DNA from: Candidatus Moraniibacteriota bacterium
GTDB taxonomy: Bacteria > Patescibacteriota > Minisyncoccia > Moranbacterales > UBA1568
Length of the DNA stretch: 64,000 nt
Reading direction: 5' to 3'
Assembly: GCA_963743885.1 (NCBI GenBank)
Contig: CAVURJ010000002.1
Span: forward strand, 36,721-100,720
Numbering within the stretch: position 1 is the first letter of the stretch; each line of letters opens with the position of its first letter. The position numbers and the translations under genes were made by a program. Below the pieces are notes generated by a model. It searched no databases and was not told the origin of the DNA. It was given only the letters and a program-made list of their open reading frames with translations. Below, one piece after another: positions 18,444 to 29,746 of the stretch.

Positions 18444-19857
18444 ACAGGTCCCCGCGTCGCCAAGGATGGAAAAGGAGGCTCTGAGCATCAGCGTAGCCGA
18501 ACTAGGCGATGTCGCCGCCGCTCGGCGCGTGCATGAGGCGTTTCAGAAGGCATTGGTTGCGGCTGATGTAGAGAAAGATTTCTCTATAAGTAGAGGAGGT
18601 TTAGAAGAGATGAAGGCGTATGGTGAACGCGTGGGCGTTTCCCAGGAGAATATCGAGAATCTTGGTCGGGAGATGGGCATCGAAGAGGATCTGGTAGAGG
18701 TCGATCGTGAGGAAATGGTCGTCAGGAACCGTTTTAAGAATCGGCTGCGCCGGTTGGCAGCGCAAGCAGCAGCCGTCATATCGCTCATGTCTCCGAATAT
18801 GTCCCGTGCGGACGAATATATCCAAGAGCCGACTACCTATAGCCAGCCGGCTGAGCCGATTGGACAATCTCAGACTGAAAAGGCATCTGGTGCGGACAGC
18901 GCGGTCCAGGCAGAAGCGGAAAAGCCGGATACTCGGGTCGTGCAGACCGCTGAGATGTCGGATGAGGAATGGGCTCAGTATGTCGCTCGTGAGGAGCAGT
19001 ACCAAGCCAGAGTCGCGTTTGAGAAGGAATTTCGCGAGCGTCAGTTTTCGAGCGAAGATGAAGTGCTGCAAGCTTTGCATGAAGCTGCATCGGGGCATGA
19101 GAATGAATTCCTGGCTGTTTATACGGTCGGGACAGGCGGACGTATCGAGGTTGCTTTCGGAGGGTTCGGCGAAACGGACAGTGTGGCTGGTCCAGATATC
19201 GTGAAACAGGCGCATGATTTGAGATCCGAAGGGAAGAAAATCGTATTTGCGCATACGCACCCTCTTGCGGTATCGAGACGGGCTGCTGCTGCGATGTCGA
19301 CCGAAGGTGCGTTCGAGCGCATGCCGCCGAGTCTTACTGATCTCAGATCCGCTTCTTTGTTTGATTGGCTGGACAGATATGATAATGCCGATAATCGGAA
19401 TGAAATCGACAAGCTGCTCAATGCGACTGAAGTGGTGGCCGTGGATTCTGAAGGCGTTTGGAGGTTTCGTGTTGATTTTTTTCATCCCTATTTTCAGGAG
19501 CAGCGCGAGGCGGCTATAGCGAGTGCTACGATGAAGCACGCACTGACTGGAACGGCAGATGTTTCTAACCTGAAGAAGGTTGAGACGTTTTATTCGCAGG
19601 TGGTCATACCGGACAGCATAGTCATGGAAAAGATGATGCGGACCGCGACGCAAGATCTCCGTGAAGACGGTGCTGCGTTGGCGATTGCGAGTATGACCGG
19701 CTCTATCGTATCCGGTGGCGGGTATGAGTTTACGAACGAACAGATGAAGGTTGGTACTGCTGTCACGCCAGAGAAGAAGACTTCTGCGACAGAGACTTTT
19801 ATAGGGTTTTGCAAAGAAAGAGGCATTGATATCTCCTTTACGCCTTTCAGCCATTAG
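18427..19857 (+). CDS. Hypothetical protein with a possible JAB/MPN-like domain
   Basis: NEF...VFAHTHP...PPSLTDL resembles the JAMM E..HxH..SxxD motif. Confidence 0.6.
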   Translation: MAKNPEQVPASPRMEKEALSISVAELGDVAAARRVHEAFQKALVAADVEKDFSISRGGLEEMKAYGERVGVSQENIENLGREMGIEEDLVEVDREEMVVRNRFKNRLRRLAAQAAAVISLMSPNMSRADEYIQEPTTYSQPAEPIGQSQTEKASGADSAVQAEAEKPDTRVVQTAEMSDEEWAQYVAREEQYQARVAFEKEFRERQFSSEDEVLQALHEAASGHENEFLAVYTVGTGGRIEVAFGGFGETDSVAGPDIVKQAHDLRSEGKKIVFAHTHPLAVSRRAAAAMSTEGAFERMPPSLTDLRSASLFDWLDRYDNADNRNEIDKLLNATEVVAVDSEGVWRFRVDFFHPYFQEQREAAIASATMKHALTGTADVSNLKKVETFYSQVVIPDSIVMEKMMRTATQDLREDGAALAIASMTGSIVSGGGYEFTNEQMKVGTAVTPEKKTSATETFIGFCKERGIDISFTPFSH

Positions 19858-19926
19858 GTATCTAGTATCTTGTATTATGTATGGGGGATTTCATACATGA
19901 TACATAATACAGTATACGTAATACGA
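19857..19926. repeat. Inverted heptamer element (family D)
   Basis: gtatcta gtatctt gtattat gtat ... atacatg atacata atacagt atacgta atacg. Confidence 0.8.
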
Positions 19927-21053
19927 TGCTAGACATTCACGCCCATCTGTACTGGGAGAGCTATGACGCTGATCGCGATGAGATGATCCGGCGCGCTTTC
20001 GACGCGGGTATTGAAAAAATGATCTGCGTGGGGACGGAGCCCGAGGATAATCCGCGCGCCATAGAGGTTGCCGAGAGGTATGAGGGTGTGTATGCTTCCG
20101 TAGGGATACACCCCAGCTTTTTGGATGAGATTGAAAAAGAAGTAGATAGTATATCGAATATCGTATATCGGGACGGATCCGGCATACGACATACGGCATA
20201 CGACATACGGCCGGAGATAATGGAGCGGATCCTGGTGCAGGTAGACAACCTTAAGAGAGTAGCGCAATCTTCGGACAAAGTCATAGCGATCGGAGAGTGC
20301 GGACTGGATTATTATGTGCGCAACGAACAGTCAACAGTTAACAGTGAACAGGGAACAGAAAACAGCGAACAGGGAGTAAAAGAAACAGCGGACGCACCGC
20401 TCAAAAGCGGAACGACCGTTGTTTCTGAAAAACAGAAAGCGATACAGAAAGAGGGGTTTCTGGCGCAGATGGAGGTTGCTCGTGAGCTTGGTGTACCGCT
20501 CATCATCCATACCAGGCCCTCCGCCGGCACTATGGATGCCTACGAGGATCTGTTTCAGATCCTGACTCACAACTTACAACAGACAACGAACAACTCTCCC
20601 ACCCCTCAGTCTCGCGGACTCGACAGCTCCCCTCGGGCAGAGGAGCAGGAACCACAAGCTAACGAATCCGCTAAAAATCACTTATCACTTATCTCTCATC
20701 CCTTATCTTTTGCTATCCTGCACTGCTATCAGGGCGATACCGAAATCACGAAGAAATTTCTCGAATTGCCGAATGTCTATTTCTCATTCGCGGGGAGCAT
20801 CACCTATTCAGTGAAGAAGGCTTTGGTTGGGACGAAAGACGATCCGTCGGAAGTCGTGAAGCTTGTGCCGCTTTCGCGGTTGTTCGTTGAGACTGATGCG
20901 CCGTTTCTGGCCCCGGTGCCGCATCGCGGGGAGCGTAATGAGCCGGCCTATGCCATCGCGACTGCTGAGAAGGTCTGTGAGTTGAAGGGGTGCAGCCGAG
21001 AAGAGCTTGATCAAGCGCTCCGGACGAGCTTTGAGCATGTATTTGACAAATGA
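19926..21053 (+). CDS. tatD: TatD-family DNase, expanded by several in-frame repeat insertions
   Basis: DIHAHL, VGIHP, AIGECGLDY, IIHTR, LHCY, ETDAPFLAP and RNEP; 375 aa. Confidence 0.93.
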   Translation: MLDIHAHLYWESYDADRDEMIRRAFDAGIEKMICVGTEPEDNPRAIEVAERYEGVYASVGIHPSFLDEIEKEVDSISNIVYRDGSGIRHTAYDIRPEIMERILVQVDNLKRVAQSSDKVIAIGECGLDYYVRNEQSTVNSEQGTENSEQGVKETADAPLKSGTTVVSEKQKAIQKEGFLAQMEVARELGVPLIIHTRPSAGTMDAYEDLFQILTHNLQQTTNNSPTPQSRGLDSSPRAEEQEPQANESAKNHLSLISHPLSFAILHCYQGDTEITKKFLELPNVYFSFAGSITYSVKKALVGTKDDPSEVVKLVPLSRLFVETDAPFLAPVPHRGERNEPAYAIATAEKVCELKGCSREELDQALRTSFEHVFDK

Positions 21054-21071
21054 CTAAAAAAGTGATATACT
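21043..21071 (+). promoter_or_regulatory. sigma70-type promoter
   Basis: TTGACA-17 bp-TATACT. Confidence 0.7.
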
Positions 21072-21103
21072 AGTATTTGAATAACTCTTAGCAGCGTATT
21101 CTT

Positions 21104-21541
21104 ATGGACATGCTTGAGAAGGCGTTTGGATCTGTTGGAGTCGGACGGAGCAAGGGAAAAGCGAGTGAAGGAGCGTTTCGTGGCGTAGAGCCGGCTCAGC
21201 CGATTGCGGATGAAAAAGAGCTGAAATTAGGCGATGTTCCAGGGCGCGCGCTTGATGCTACCCGAGCGGAACAGGTCTATACCGATGCTGCTTCCAATAT
21301 GGAATCAGCCATCGAGCGTACTGCCAAGCAGGCGAAGCTTCGTGATGAGATCGCGTTTCTTGAGTCTGAATTGAAGCGGTACGCTGCCAGTTTGGAGCGT
21401 CTTGAGGCGCAACGCAAGCAAGAAAAGGATCTCATGAAAAAGCTTTCTTTGGCGAAACAGATGGATGATCTGCCGAAAGCCATAGAATTTGCAACAGCAG
21501 AAAAGGCAGCGCTTGAAAAGGAATTACAAACTCTCGAGTAG
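21104..21541 (+). CDS. Hypothetical coiled-coil protein
   Basis: 145-aa ORF with an upstream promoter. Confidence 0.7.
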   Translation: MDMLEKAFGSVGVGRSKGKASEGAFRGVEPAQPIADEKELKLGDVPGRALDATRAEQVYTDAASNMESAIERTAKQAKLRDEIAFLESELKRYAASLERLEAQRKQEKDLMKKLSLAKQMDDLPKAIEFATAEKAALEKELQTLE

Positions 21542-21571
21542 AGGGTTCTTGACAATTCGTGTGCGTGTTGT

Positions 21572-22093
21572 ATGCTGAGCAGTCGGAAAATCCGGCTGCT
21601 TTTGTTCTTTGAGTCCGCTGTCTTTGAAAGGGGGTGGGATATGATACCGCCGTTGTGGAGGTGTGCATTGATTCCGAATTTGCGCACATTGGGGGTTCTT
21701 CCGGAGAGGTCGGATCCTCTGATAGTGCCGCCTTGTCCGGATGGCGTTGTCGAACGGTTGTCTGACAGGAGGTGCGATACCCAGGCTCGCTGGTTGCGGG
21801 AATCCCTTGAAGATCCAGACGTGGCGTTCATGCTTTTGGCGTATCGGTACAGCCGATGTGACGGGCATGACTCGAAATACGTTGCATACGAATGCAAAGG
21901 GGTTCAGTACGGGATTGATGATCTCGGGGCATTCAAAATGATCGATGGCACCCGCCATGCTATCAGTCCCGAAGAGCTTTTCTCGGATGCGTCTGAAGCA
22001 TTCGGACTGTGGGAGAGGTTCGAGTCGCATATCGAAGGCGTTACCTACAGGTTTATCGATGAGCGTGACGGAACCGCCTTTTTCGAATCATGA
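21572..22093 (+). CDS. Hypothetical protein (start uncertain)
   Basis: ORF between a TTGACA-like site at 21549 and a terminator at about 22117-22151. Confidence 0.5.
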   Translation: MLSSRKIRLLLFFESAVFERGWDMIPPLWRCALIPNLRTLGVLPERSDPLIVPPCPDGVVERLSDRRCDTQARWLRESLEDPDVAFMLLAYRYSRCDGHDSKYVAYECKGVQYGIDDLGAFKMIDGTRHAISPEELFSDASEAFGLWERFESHIEGVTYRFIDERDGTAFFES

Positions 22094-22163
22094 GGCGTTC
22101 ATCGGTACGAAGGACGAACCAGATGGGACATGATCCCGTCTGGTATTTTTTTGGACCGATAAA

Positions 22164-22192
22164 TTGACGTCTTTTGGTTTCACTGATAGAAT
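22164..22192 (+). promoter_or_regulatory. Probable atp operon promoter
   Basis: TTGACG-17 bp-TAGAAT. Confidence 0.65.
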
Positions 22193-22247
22193 AGAAGCGC
22201 TTTTTTGTTCTGAGAAAGGCGTTTTTCTTTTAGTCCAAACTTACTAA

Positions 22248-22315
22248 ACCCCTCCTCTGTCCTCCCCTTGGACCCGCTTCGACGGAGCGAAAGCGAGGTG
22301 AGAAGGGGAGGAGGA
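22248..22315. repeat. Nested palindrome in the atpB leader
   Basis: cctcccctt [cccgcttcg..cgaggtgag] aaggggagg. Confidence 0.65.
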
Positions 22316-22327
22316 AAGAATGCGGAA

Positions 22328-23083
22328 ATGGAAATATCAATCGCAGCGGAAAAATTGTTCGGCATAGGGAGTTTTCCAGTGACCAACGCGTTCATGATCG
22401 GTGTGATTGTGAGCTTGGGATTGGTGTTTGTCACGCAGGTCGTTGTCCGGAAGAAGACGCTTGTGCCGCGTGGGATGCAGAATGTCTTTGAGCTTCTCTT
22501 CGAGGGCGTCCTCTCATTCATCGAGAGCGTGACCCAGGATAAGAAGCAGGCGAGAAGCTTCTTTCCGCTCATCATGACGATCTTCCTCTTCGTACTGTTT
22601 TCCAACTGGATCGGGCTTCTGCCAGGGATGGGCACGATCGGTCTCGTGCATCATACCGCAGAGGGCCATGCGACTATCATTCCGTTCCTTCGCAGCACAT
22701 CGGCCGATCTCAACTTCACCATGGCGCTCTCGCTCATGGTCGTGCTTACGACACAGTTTACCGGCATCGCCGCGCTCGGTATCGTGAAGTACGCCAAGAA
22801 GTTCCTCGTGAGCCCGTTCCATAAGCCGTACGTGCTCGGCACGTTCGTGGGACTGCTCGAGCTCGTGTCGGAGTTCGCCAAGTTTCTTTCGTTCTCTTTC
22901 CGGTTGTTCGGCAATGTGTTCGCGGGTGAGATCCTACTTACCGTCATGCTCCATCTCGTGCCGTATTTCGTACCGTTGCCGTTCCTTTTCCTTGAGATCT
23001 TCGTGGGGTTCATCCAGGCAGCGGTGTTCGCTATGCTGACTCTGGTGTTCATGAAGATGGCGACGATGCCCGCCGAACATTGA
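22328..23083 (+). CDS. atpB: ATP synthase subunit a
   Basis: SNWIGLLPG, ADLNFT, SFRLFGNVFAGE and FIQAAVFAML. Confidence 0.96.
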   Translation: MEISIAAEKLFGIGSFPVTNAFMIGVIVSLGLVFVTQVVVRKKTLVPRGMQNVFELLFEGVLSFIESVTQDKKQARSFFPLIMTIFLFVLFSNWIGLLPGMGTIGLVHHTAEGHATIIPFLRSTSADLNFTMALSLMVVLTTQFTGIAALGIVKYAKKFLVSPFHKPYVLGTFVGLLELVSEFAKFLSFSFRLFGNVFAGEILLTVMLHLVPYFVPLPFLFLEIFVGFIQAAVFAMLTLVFMKMATMPAEH

Positions 23084-23094
23084 TTCAGTTTTTC

Positions 23095-23172
23095 TGTTTA
23101 CGGGTTAACGGGCTAACGAGTTAGAAGGTCTATGAACGCGTTAACTCGCAAACTCGTTAACTGGATAACTGG
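23095..23172. repeat. Family B inverted octamer element
   Basis: gtttacgg gttaacgg gctaacga gtt ... aacgcgtt aactcgca aactcgtt aactgg. Confidence 0.85.
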
Positions 23173-23242
23173 ATTTGGTGGACAGATACGGAAAATCGCT
23201 CTATAATGGTCAAATGTTAGTAAATTAATCAGTTTTAATTAA

Positions 23243-23476
<234 letters not shown>

Positions 23477-23477
23477 T

Positions 23478-23966
23478 ATGGAAGCGCTTGCGAACCTCGG
23501 TATCGATGGCAAGCTGTTCTTGGCTCAGGCAGTCAATTTCCTGATCCTCCTGTTCATTCTGCGCCGTTATGCGTACAAGCCGATGCTCGAGTTTCTCGAG
23601 AAGCGGACGGAGCGTATCGACAAGGGACTTCGGGACGCCGAGGCGGCCCAGGTGAAACTCTCCGAGATGGAAGAGAAGGAGAAGGAAGTATTGAAAGCGG
23701 CTCGCAATGAGGCCAAGACGATGGTGGCTGCCGCTGAAGAATCCGCCAAGAAGCGCGATGCAGAACGATTGGCTGAGACTGAGGCACGTGTGAAGAAGCT
23801 TCTCTTCGATGCTGAGGCGAAGATCGCTGAGGATCGGACGAAGATGCTCGATCAGGCTAAGAGTGAACTTGCAGAGACGGTCGTGCTCGCTGTCGAGAAA
23901 GTCCTTCGTGAGAAAGTAGACATGGCGAAGGAGAGGGAGATGATAGAGAAGACACTGAAGGGGTAA
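23478..23966 (+). CDS. atpF: ATP synthase subunit b
   Basis: AQAVNFLILLFIL..YKP..LEKR...I followed by coiled coil. Confidence 0.95.
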   Translation: MEALANLGIDGKLFLAQAVNFLILLFILRRYAYKPMLEFLEKRTERIDKGLRDAEAAQVKLSEMEEKEKEVLKAARNEAKTMVAAAEESAKKRDAERLAETEARVKKLLFDAEAKIAEDRTKMLDQAKSELAETVVLAVEKVLREKVDMAKEREMIEKTLKG

Positions 23967-24104
23967 ATTCAAAATTCAAAATTCAAAATTACAAGCTCCA
24001 AATAAATCACAAATTCTAATTTCAAAACCCAGAACAATATAAGTTACATTTGGATTTTGAGTATTGGAATTTATTTGGAAATTGAGATTTTGGATTTGAG
24101 ATTT
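23965..24104. repeat. Family A element, copy 3
   Basis: Same arms as 14401-14528. Confidence 0.9.
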
Positions 24105-24125
24105 CAGTCAACTTTCTGAAGAATT

Positions 24126-24527
24126 ATGAGGCTTTCCATAAGACAATATGCGTTGGCGCTCCTCGATATCGAGCAGGGGATGAGTGCTGATGAGGCGAAG
24201 GGAGCCGGAGAGCGATTTGCTCTCTGGCTTTCGCGCCGTGGAGAAGGACGGAAGCTTGCGAAGATCGTAGCGGAAGCGGAAACGATCGCTCGGGATCGGA
24301 GCAATAAGACGGAGGTCGCGATCACGACGGCATTCGAAGCTGATCAGGAGACGAGGGGGATCCTCACGGGATATGCGGAGAAGTTGTTTCCTGGTAAGCA
24401 TATCGAAGCTGAGTTCCGATCCGATCGGGATATCATTGGTGGTATGACGATACGGAGCAGCGAGACGCTGTATGACGGATCGCTCGCCGCCTCGGTGAAA
24501 AAGCTGCGCACAAGTCTCATGAGGTGA
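24126..24527 (+). CDS. atpH: ATP synthase subunit delta (short form)
   Basis: QYALAL N-terminus; D.DIIGGM.I....LYDGSL C-terminus; operon position. Confidence 0.88.
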   Translation: MRLSIRQYALALLDIEQGMSADEAKGAGERFALWLSRRGEGRKLAKIVAEAETIARDRSNKTEVAITTAFEADQETRGILTGYAEKLFPGKHIEAEFRSDRDIIGGMTIRSSETLYDGSLAASVKKLRTSLMR

Positions 24528-24643
24528 TTTAAGATTTTGGATTTAGGATTTAGGAATAGGATCGTCCAAGCCTCCATTCTTGAATCATAAATCTTAAATC
24601 GTGAATCAGATTCTAAATTCTAAATTCTAGATTCTAAATTCAA
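24526..24643. repeat. Family C inverted heptamer element
   Basis: gatttag-type left arm; attctaa/attctag right arm. Confidence 0.8.
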
Positions 24644-24647
24644 TCGT

Positions 24648-26147
24648 ATGTCAAACCCGCTCATCGAAGAACTGAAGAAGCATATATCGGATTTCCATCA
24701 TGCGCCGAAGGCAGAGGCGGTCGGTACCGTGCTCGAAGTCGGTGATGGCGTCGCACGCGTCGCGGGACTTTCCGAGGTTATGGCTTCGGAAATGGTTGAG
24801 TTTGAGAATGGTGTCATGGGTGTAGCCCTCAACCTTGAAGAGGGTGAGGCAGGCGTGATGCTTCTCGGCGAGACAGGCGACCTGCATGAGGGATCGACTG
24901 CCAAGAGCACCGGGAAGATTCTTTCGGTGCCGGTCGGCGATGATATCATCGGCCGTGTGCTCAATGCTCTCGGTCAGCCGATTGACGGTAAGGGCGATAT
25001 CAAGGAAAAGGCTTTCTACCCGGTAGAGAAGATCGCCCCGGGCGTCATCACTCGTCAGGGTGTCAACCAGCCGCTCCAGACCGGTATCAAAGCGATTGAT
25101 GCGCTTATCCCGGTTGGCCGCGGCCAGCGTGAGCTCATCATCGGTGATCGCCAGACTGGCAAGACCGCTGTGGCTATCGATACGATCCTCAACCAGAAGG
25201 GCCAGGATGTCATCTGTATCTATGTCGCTATCGGCCAGAAGGAATCCAAGGTCGCTCGCATCGTCGCTGAACTGACCAAGGGCGGCGCGATGGAGTATAC
25301 GACGGTTGTGGTCGCTGGCGCTTCGGATCCGTCCGCGCTTTCGTTCATCGCTCCGTATGCCGGCTGCGCGCTCGGCGAGTATTTCATGGACCAGGGCAAG
25401 GATGTGCTCGTCATTTACGATGATCTGTCCAAGCATGCGGTCGCGTATCGTCAGATCTCGCTCATTCTCCGTCGTCCGCCGGGACGCGAAGCCTACCCGG
25501 GCGACGTGTTCTATGTACACTCCCGTCTCCTGGAGCGGAGCGCCAAGCTGAACAAGGATTTCGGCGGTGGATCGATCACGGCGCTTCCGATCATCGAGAC
25601 GCAGGCAGGTGATGTGTCGGCCTATATCCCGACCAACGTCATCTCCATCACTGACGGTCAGATCTATCTTGAATCAGACCTGTTCTACAAGGGTATCCGC
25701 CCGGCACTCAACGTCGGTCTTTCGGTTTCCCGCGTGGGTTCGGCTGCACAGATCAAGGCAATGAAGCAGGTGGCGGGTACACTCCGTCTCGATCTCGCTC
25801 AGTTCCGTGAGCTCGAAGCGTTCGCTCAGTTCGGATCGGACCTTGATGAGAAGACCCGTACGCAGATCGAGCGCGGACGACGCGCGACTGAAGTGCTCAA
25901 GCAGCCTCAGTACCAGCCGCTGTCGGTCGAGAAGGAAGTCTGTGTGCTCTACGCGCTTACTCGCGGGCATCTTGATGATGTGAAGGTTGAGGAGATCGGC
26001 CGATTCGAGCGCGAGTTCCTCTCGTATCTTGAGCATGATGGCAAGGAAGTCCTCGATGCGATCGTGAAAGAGAAAGCGTTGACTCCGGAAGTCGAGGAAA
26101 TGATGAAGAAGCATATTGAGGCGTTCAAGAAGAGCTTCGCAGTTTGA
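24648..26147 (+). CDS. atpA: ATP synthase subunit alpha
   Basis: GDRQTGKT and [13 protein letters not shown]. Confidence 0.99.
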   Translation: MSNPLIEELKKHISDFHHAPKAEAVGTVLEVGDGVARVAGLSEVMASEMVEFENGVMGVALNLEEGEAGVMLLGETGDLHEGSTAKSTGKILSVPVGDDIIGRVLNALGQPIDGKGDIKEKAFYPVEKIAPGVITRQGVNQPLQTGIKAIDALIPVGRGQRELIIGDRQTGKTAVAIDTILNQKGQDVICIYVAIGQKESKVARIVAELTKGGAMEYTTVVVAGASDPSALSFIAPYAGCALGEYFMDQGKDVLVIYDDLSKHAVAYRQISLILRRPPGREAYPGDVFYVHSRLLERSAKLNKDFGGGSITALPIIETQAGDVSAYIPTNVISITDGQIYLESDLFYKGIRPALNVGLSVSRVGSAAQIKAMKQVAGTLRLDLAQFRELEAFAQFGSDLDEKTRTQIERGRRATEVLKQPQYQPLSVEKEVCVLYALTRGHLDDVKVEEIGRFEREFLSYLEHDGKEVLDAIVKEKALTPEVEEMMKKHIEAFKKSFAV

Positions 26148-26150
26148 TTA

Positions 26151-26215
26151 TTAACGGGTTAACGCGTTAACGAGTTGTATTTCTAACACGTTAACTCGCA
26201 AAACTCGTTAACTGG
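26151..26215. repeat. Family B inverted octamer element
   Basis: ttaacggg ttaacgcg ttaacgag ... aacacgtt aactcgca aaactcgtt aactgg. Confidence 0.85.
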
Positions 26216-26229
26216 AGAATAAGAAACTC

Positions 26230-27150
26230 ATGGCATCTGCACGAGACATCCGAAGGCGCATCAAAGGCGTGAAATCCACGGGTAAGATCACCCGAGCCAT
26301 GGAGATGATTTCGGCTGTCAAAATGCGCAAGGCAGTGCAGGCAGTACTGGCTATCCGTCCGTATGCGGAGAGTGCTATCGAGCTTTTGAAGCGGCTCAAG
26401 GTCGCTGTCGGAAGCGAGAAGCACCCGCTTCTTACGGTGCGGCCGATCAAGAAAGAGCTCTATGTGATCATCACTTCGAATCGTGGATTGTGCGGAGCGT
26501 TCAATGCACAGATTGCGAAGAAAGTGCGCCAGGCGCTCAAAGAAGATGCGGATCGCGAGAAATGTTTCATCACGATCGGTAAGAAGGGGGATGCGTCGGT
26601 CCGCCGATCAGGTGGCGATATCATCGCGTCGTTTCCGGATGTACTCGGAGCACCGAATGCTGAGACGATGCGTCCTATCGCGCGTGTCATCATGGATGAA
26701 TTCGCTTCAGGCCGCGTAGACCGTGTCGTCATGATCTATACCGACTATGTATCCGTGATGCTCCAGCAGGTGAAGGTGCGCGCGCTGCTTCCGGTCAGGC
26801 TCGAAGATACGCAGAAGGCGATGCATGAAATGCAACCAACGACTGACGACGGACGACTGATGACAGAAGAGGGGAAGGGGAAGATTCCGGCGGAGTATGC
26901 GATTGAACCGTCGCCCGCGACCGTGCTCGACCGGATGGTGCCGCGACTCATCGAGATGGAGCTCTATCATGCGATACTCGAGAGCAATGCATCCCAGGAA
27001 GCAGCCCGTATGATGGCGATGCGTAATGCGACCGATGCTGCCAAGGAGATGTCTGCTGATTTGACGCTCGCCTACAACCAGCTCCGCCAGCAGAAGATCA
27101 CGCAAGAGATCGCCGAGCTGTCGGCAGGTATGGCAGCTGTCTCGCGTTAG
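26230..27150 (+). CDS. atpG: ATP synthase subunit gamma
   Basis: KITRAMEM, RGLCGAFN, ARMMAMRNATD and RQQKITQEI; heptamer insert at 26833-26866. Confidence 0.98.
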   Translation: MASARDIRRRIKGVKSTGKITRAMEMISAVKMRKAVQAVLAIRPYAESAIELLKRLKVAVGSEKHPLLTVRPIKKELYVIITSNRGLCGAFNAQIAKKVRQALKEDADREKCFITIGKKGDASVRRSGGDIIASFPDVLGAPNAETMRPIARVIMDEFASGRVDRVVMIYTDYVSVMLQQVKVRALLPVRLEDTQKAMHEMQPTTDDGRLMTEEGKGKIPAEYAIEPSPATVLDRMVPRLIEMELYHAILESNASQEAARMMAMRNATDAAKEMSADLTLAYNQLRQQKITQEIAELSAGMAAVSR

Positions 27151-27154
27151 CGAG

Positions 27155-27185
27155 ACCCTGAGCGAAGTCTGCGGAGTCGAAGGGT
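27155..27185. repeat. REP-like palindrome with an expanded loop
   Basis: accctgagc[12 nt]gtcgaagggt; arms are the reverse complement of 33862-33882. Confidence 0.75.
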
Positions 27186-27220
27186 GATGGTGTTACAATA
27201 GGATTTCAGACTACAGTATC

Positions 27221-27745
27221 ATGAAGAAGACAGCAAAAAATCTGGTAGTGATTCCGAGTGAGCGCATCATCAAGCGTATTTTCTGGCTGCGTGATGAGAA
27301 GGTAATGCTGGATTCTGATTTGGCAGAAATGTATGAGGTAGAAACGAAAGTTTTCAATCAGGCCGTGAAACGCAATATCGATCGATTCCCGAAAGACTTT
27401 ATGTTTCAGCTTACCGTGCAAGAGTATTCAATCTTGAAGTCACAAATTGTGACCTCAAGTTGGGGAGGAAAAAGAAAACTCCCATATGCTTTTACTGAGC
27501 CGGGTGTGGCGATGCTTTCGAGCGTACTCAAGAGCAAGCGGGCAGTTGCAGTGAATATCCAGATTATCCGGACATTTGTCGAGCTGAGAAAGATGCTCGT
27601 AACACATGAGGCGCTTAGGAAGAAGATCGAAGCAATGGAGCAGAAATATGACAAGCGGTTCAGAGCGGTATTTGATGTATTGCGTCAGCTCCTGAAGGAA
27701 GAGACGGAGCCGAAGAAGAAGATAGGGTTTGCTGCGAAGAAGTGA
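27221..27745 (+). CDS. ORF6N-domain DNA-binding protein
   Basis: KVMLDSDLAEMYEVETK.FNQAVKRNIDRFP.DFMFQLT and PYAFTE.GVAMLSSVL.S. Confidence 0.92.
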   Translation: MKKTAKNLVVIPSERIIKRIFWLRDEKVMLDSDLAEMYEVETKVFNQAVKRNIDRFPKDFMFQLTVQEYSILKSQIVTSSWGGKRKLPYAFTEPGVAMLSSVLKSKRAVAVNIQIIRTFVELRKMLVTHEALRKKIEAMEQKYDKRFRAVFDVLRQLLKEETEPKKKIGFAAKK

Positions 27746-27748
27746 AGC

Positions 27749-27820
27749 TGGAATTTTGAATCTGGAATCTTGGAGTTCAAAACCAAAATTCTAGATTCTA
27801 AATTCGAGATTCGGATTTAG
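27749..27820. repeat. Family C inverted heptamer element
   Basis: tggaatt ttgaatc tggaatc ... attctag attctaa attcgag attc. Confidence 0.75.
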
Positions 27821-27889
27821 GAAGTTGTTTGGAAAAAAGAAAAGCCCCGGCGCGGTTGCGACAGGGCAGGTGTTCGGATGATGAAGGCC

Positions 27890-28120
27890 TCAGTCGATGA
27901 CAATCACGAGATCGTTCGGCTTGATAATGCAGAAACCTCCTGTGCCACGAAGATACCCTGCATTGTAGCCGTCGTCATCGGTGGTGAGTTTCTGAAGGAG
28001 CGGGACGACCCCACCTCGCTCGAGATCTGCGATGCAGATGAACTTGGTATGGGAAGGAACCTCAGAAAAACGATGAGCCCTTCTGAAGGTAACTACGAGG
28101 TTGAAGTTAGTGAGTGGCAT
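27890..28120 (-). CDS. Small hypothetical protein (orphan cassette inside the atp operon)
   Basis: TAGGAG SD; terminator at about 27833-27868; TTGACT upstream. Confidence 0.55.
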   Translation of the reverse strand: MPLTNFNLVVTFRRAHRFSEVPSHTKFICIADLERGGVVPLLQKLTTDDDGYNAGYLRGTGGFCIIKPNDLVIVID

Positions 28121-28264
28121 GCTCGGCTCCTATATGCGTCTTGGGTTGGTAAGAGTGCGACTGCTCATACTGGTATAAAAACGAAAAAAAGTCAATCCCA
28201 GTTACATGCGGATATGTAACGGGACAAGTATCTCATAACGTAATTAATCAAGATTTTTCCTTAA

Positions 28265-29665
<1,401 letters not shown>

Positions 29666-29677
29666 TTACTGTTGTTT

Positions 29678-29740
29678 GGTTAACGAGTTTGGCGAGTTAA
29701 CGAGTTGAAAAACCCGTGAACCCGTTAACGCGTTAACGGA
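29678..29740. repeat. Family B inverted octamer element (opposite orientation to 26151)
   Basis: gttaacga gtttggcga gttaacga gtt ... aacccgtg aacccgtt aacgcgtt aacgg. Confidence 0.85.
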
Positions 29741-29746
29741 TCAACA

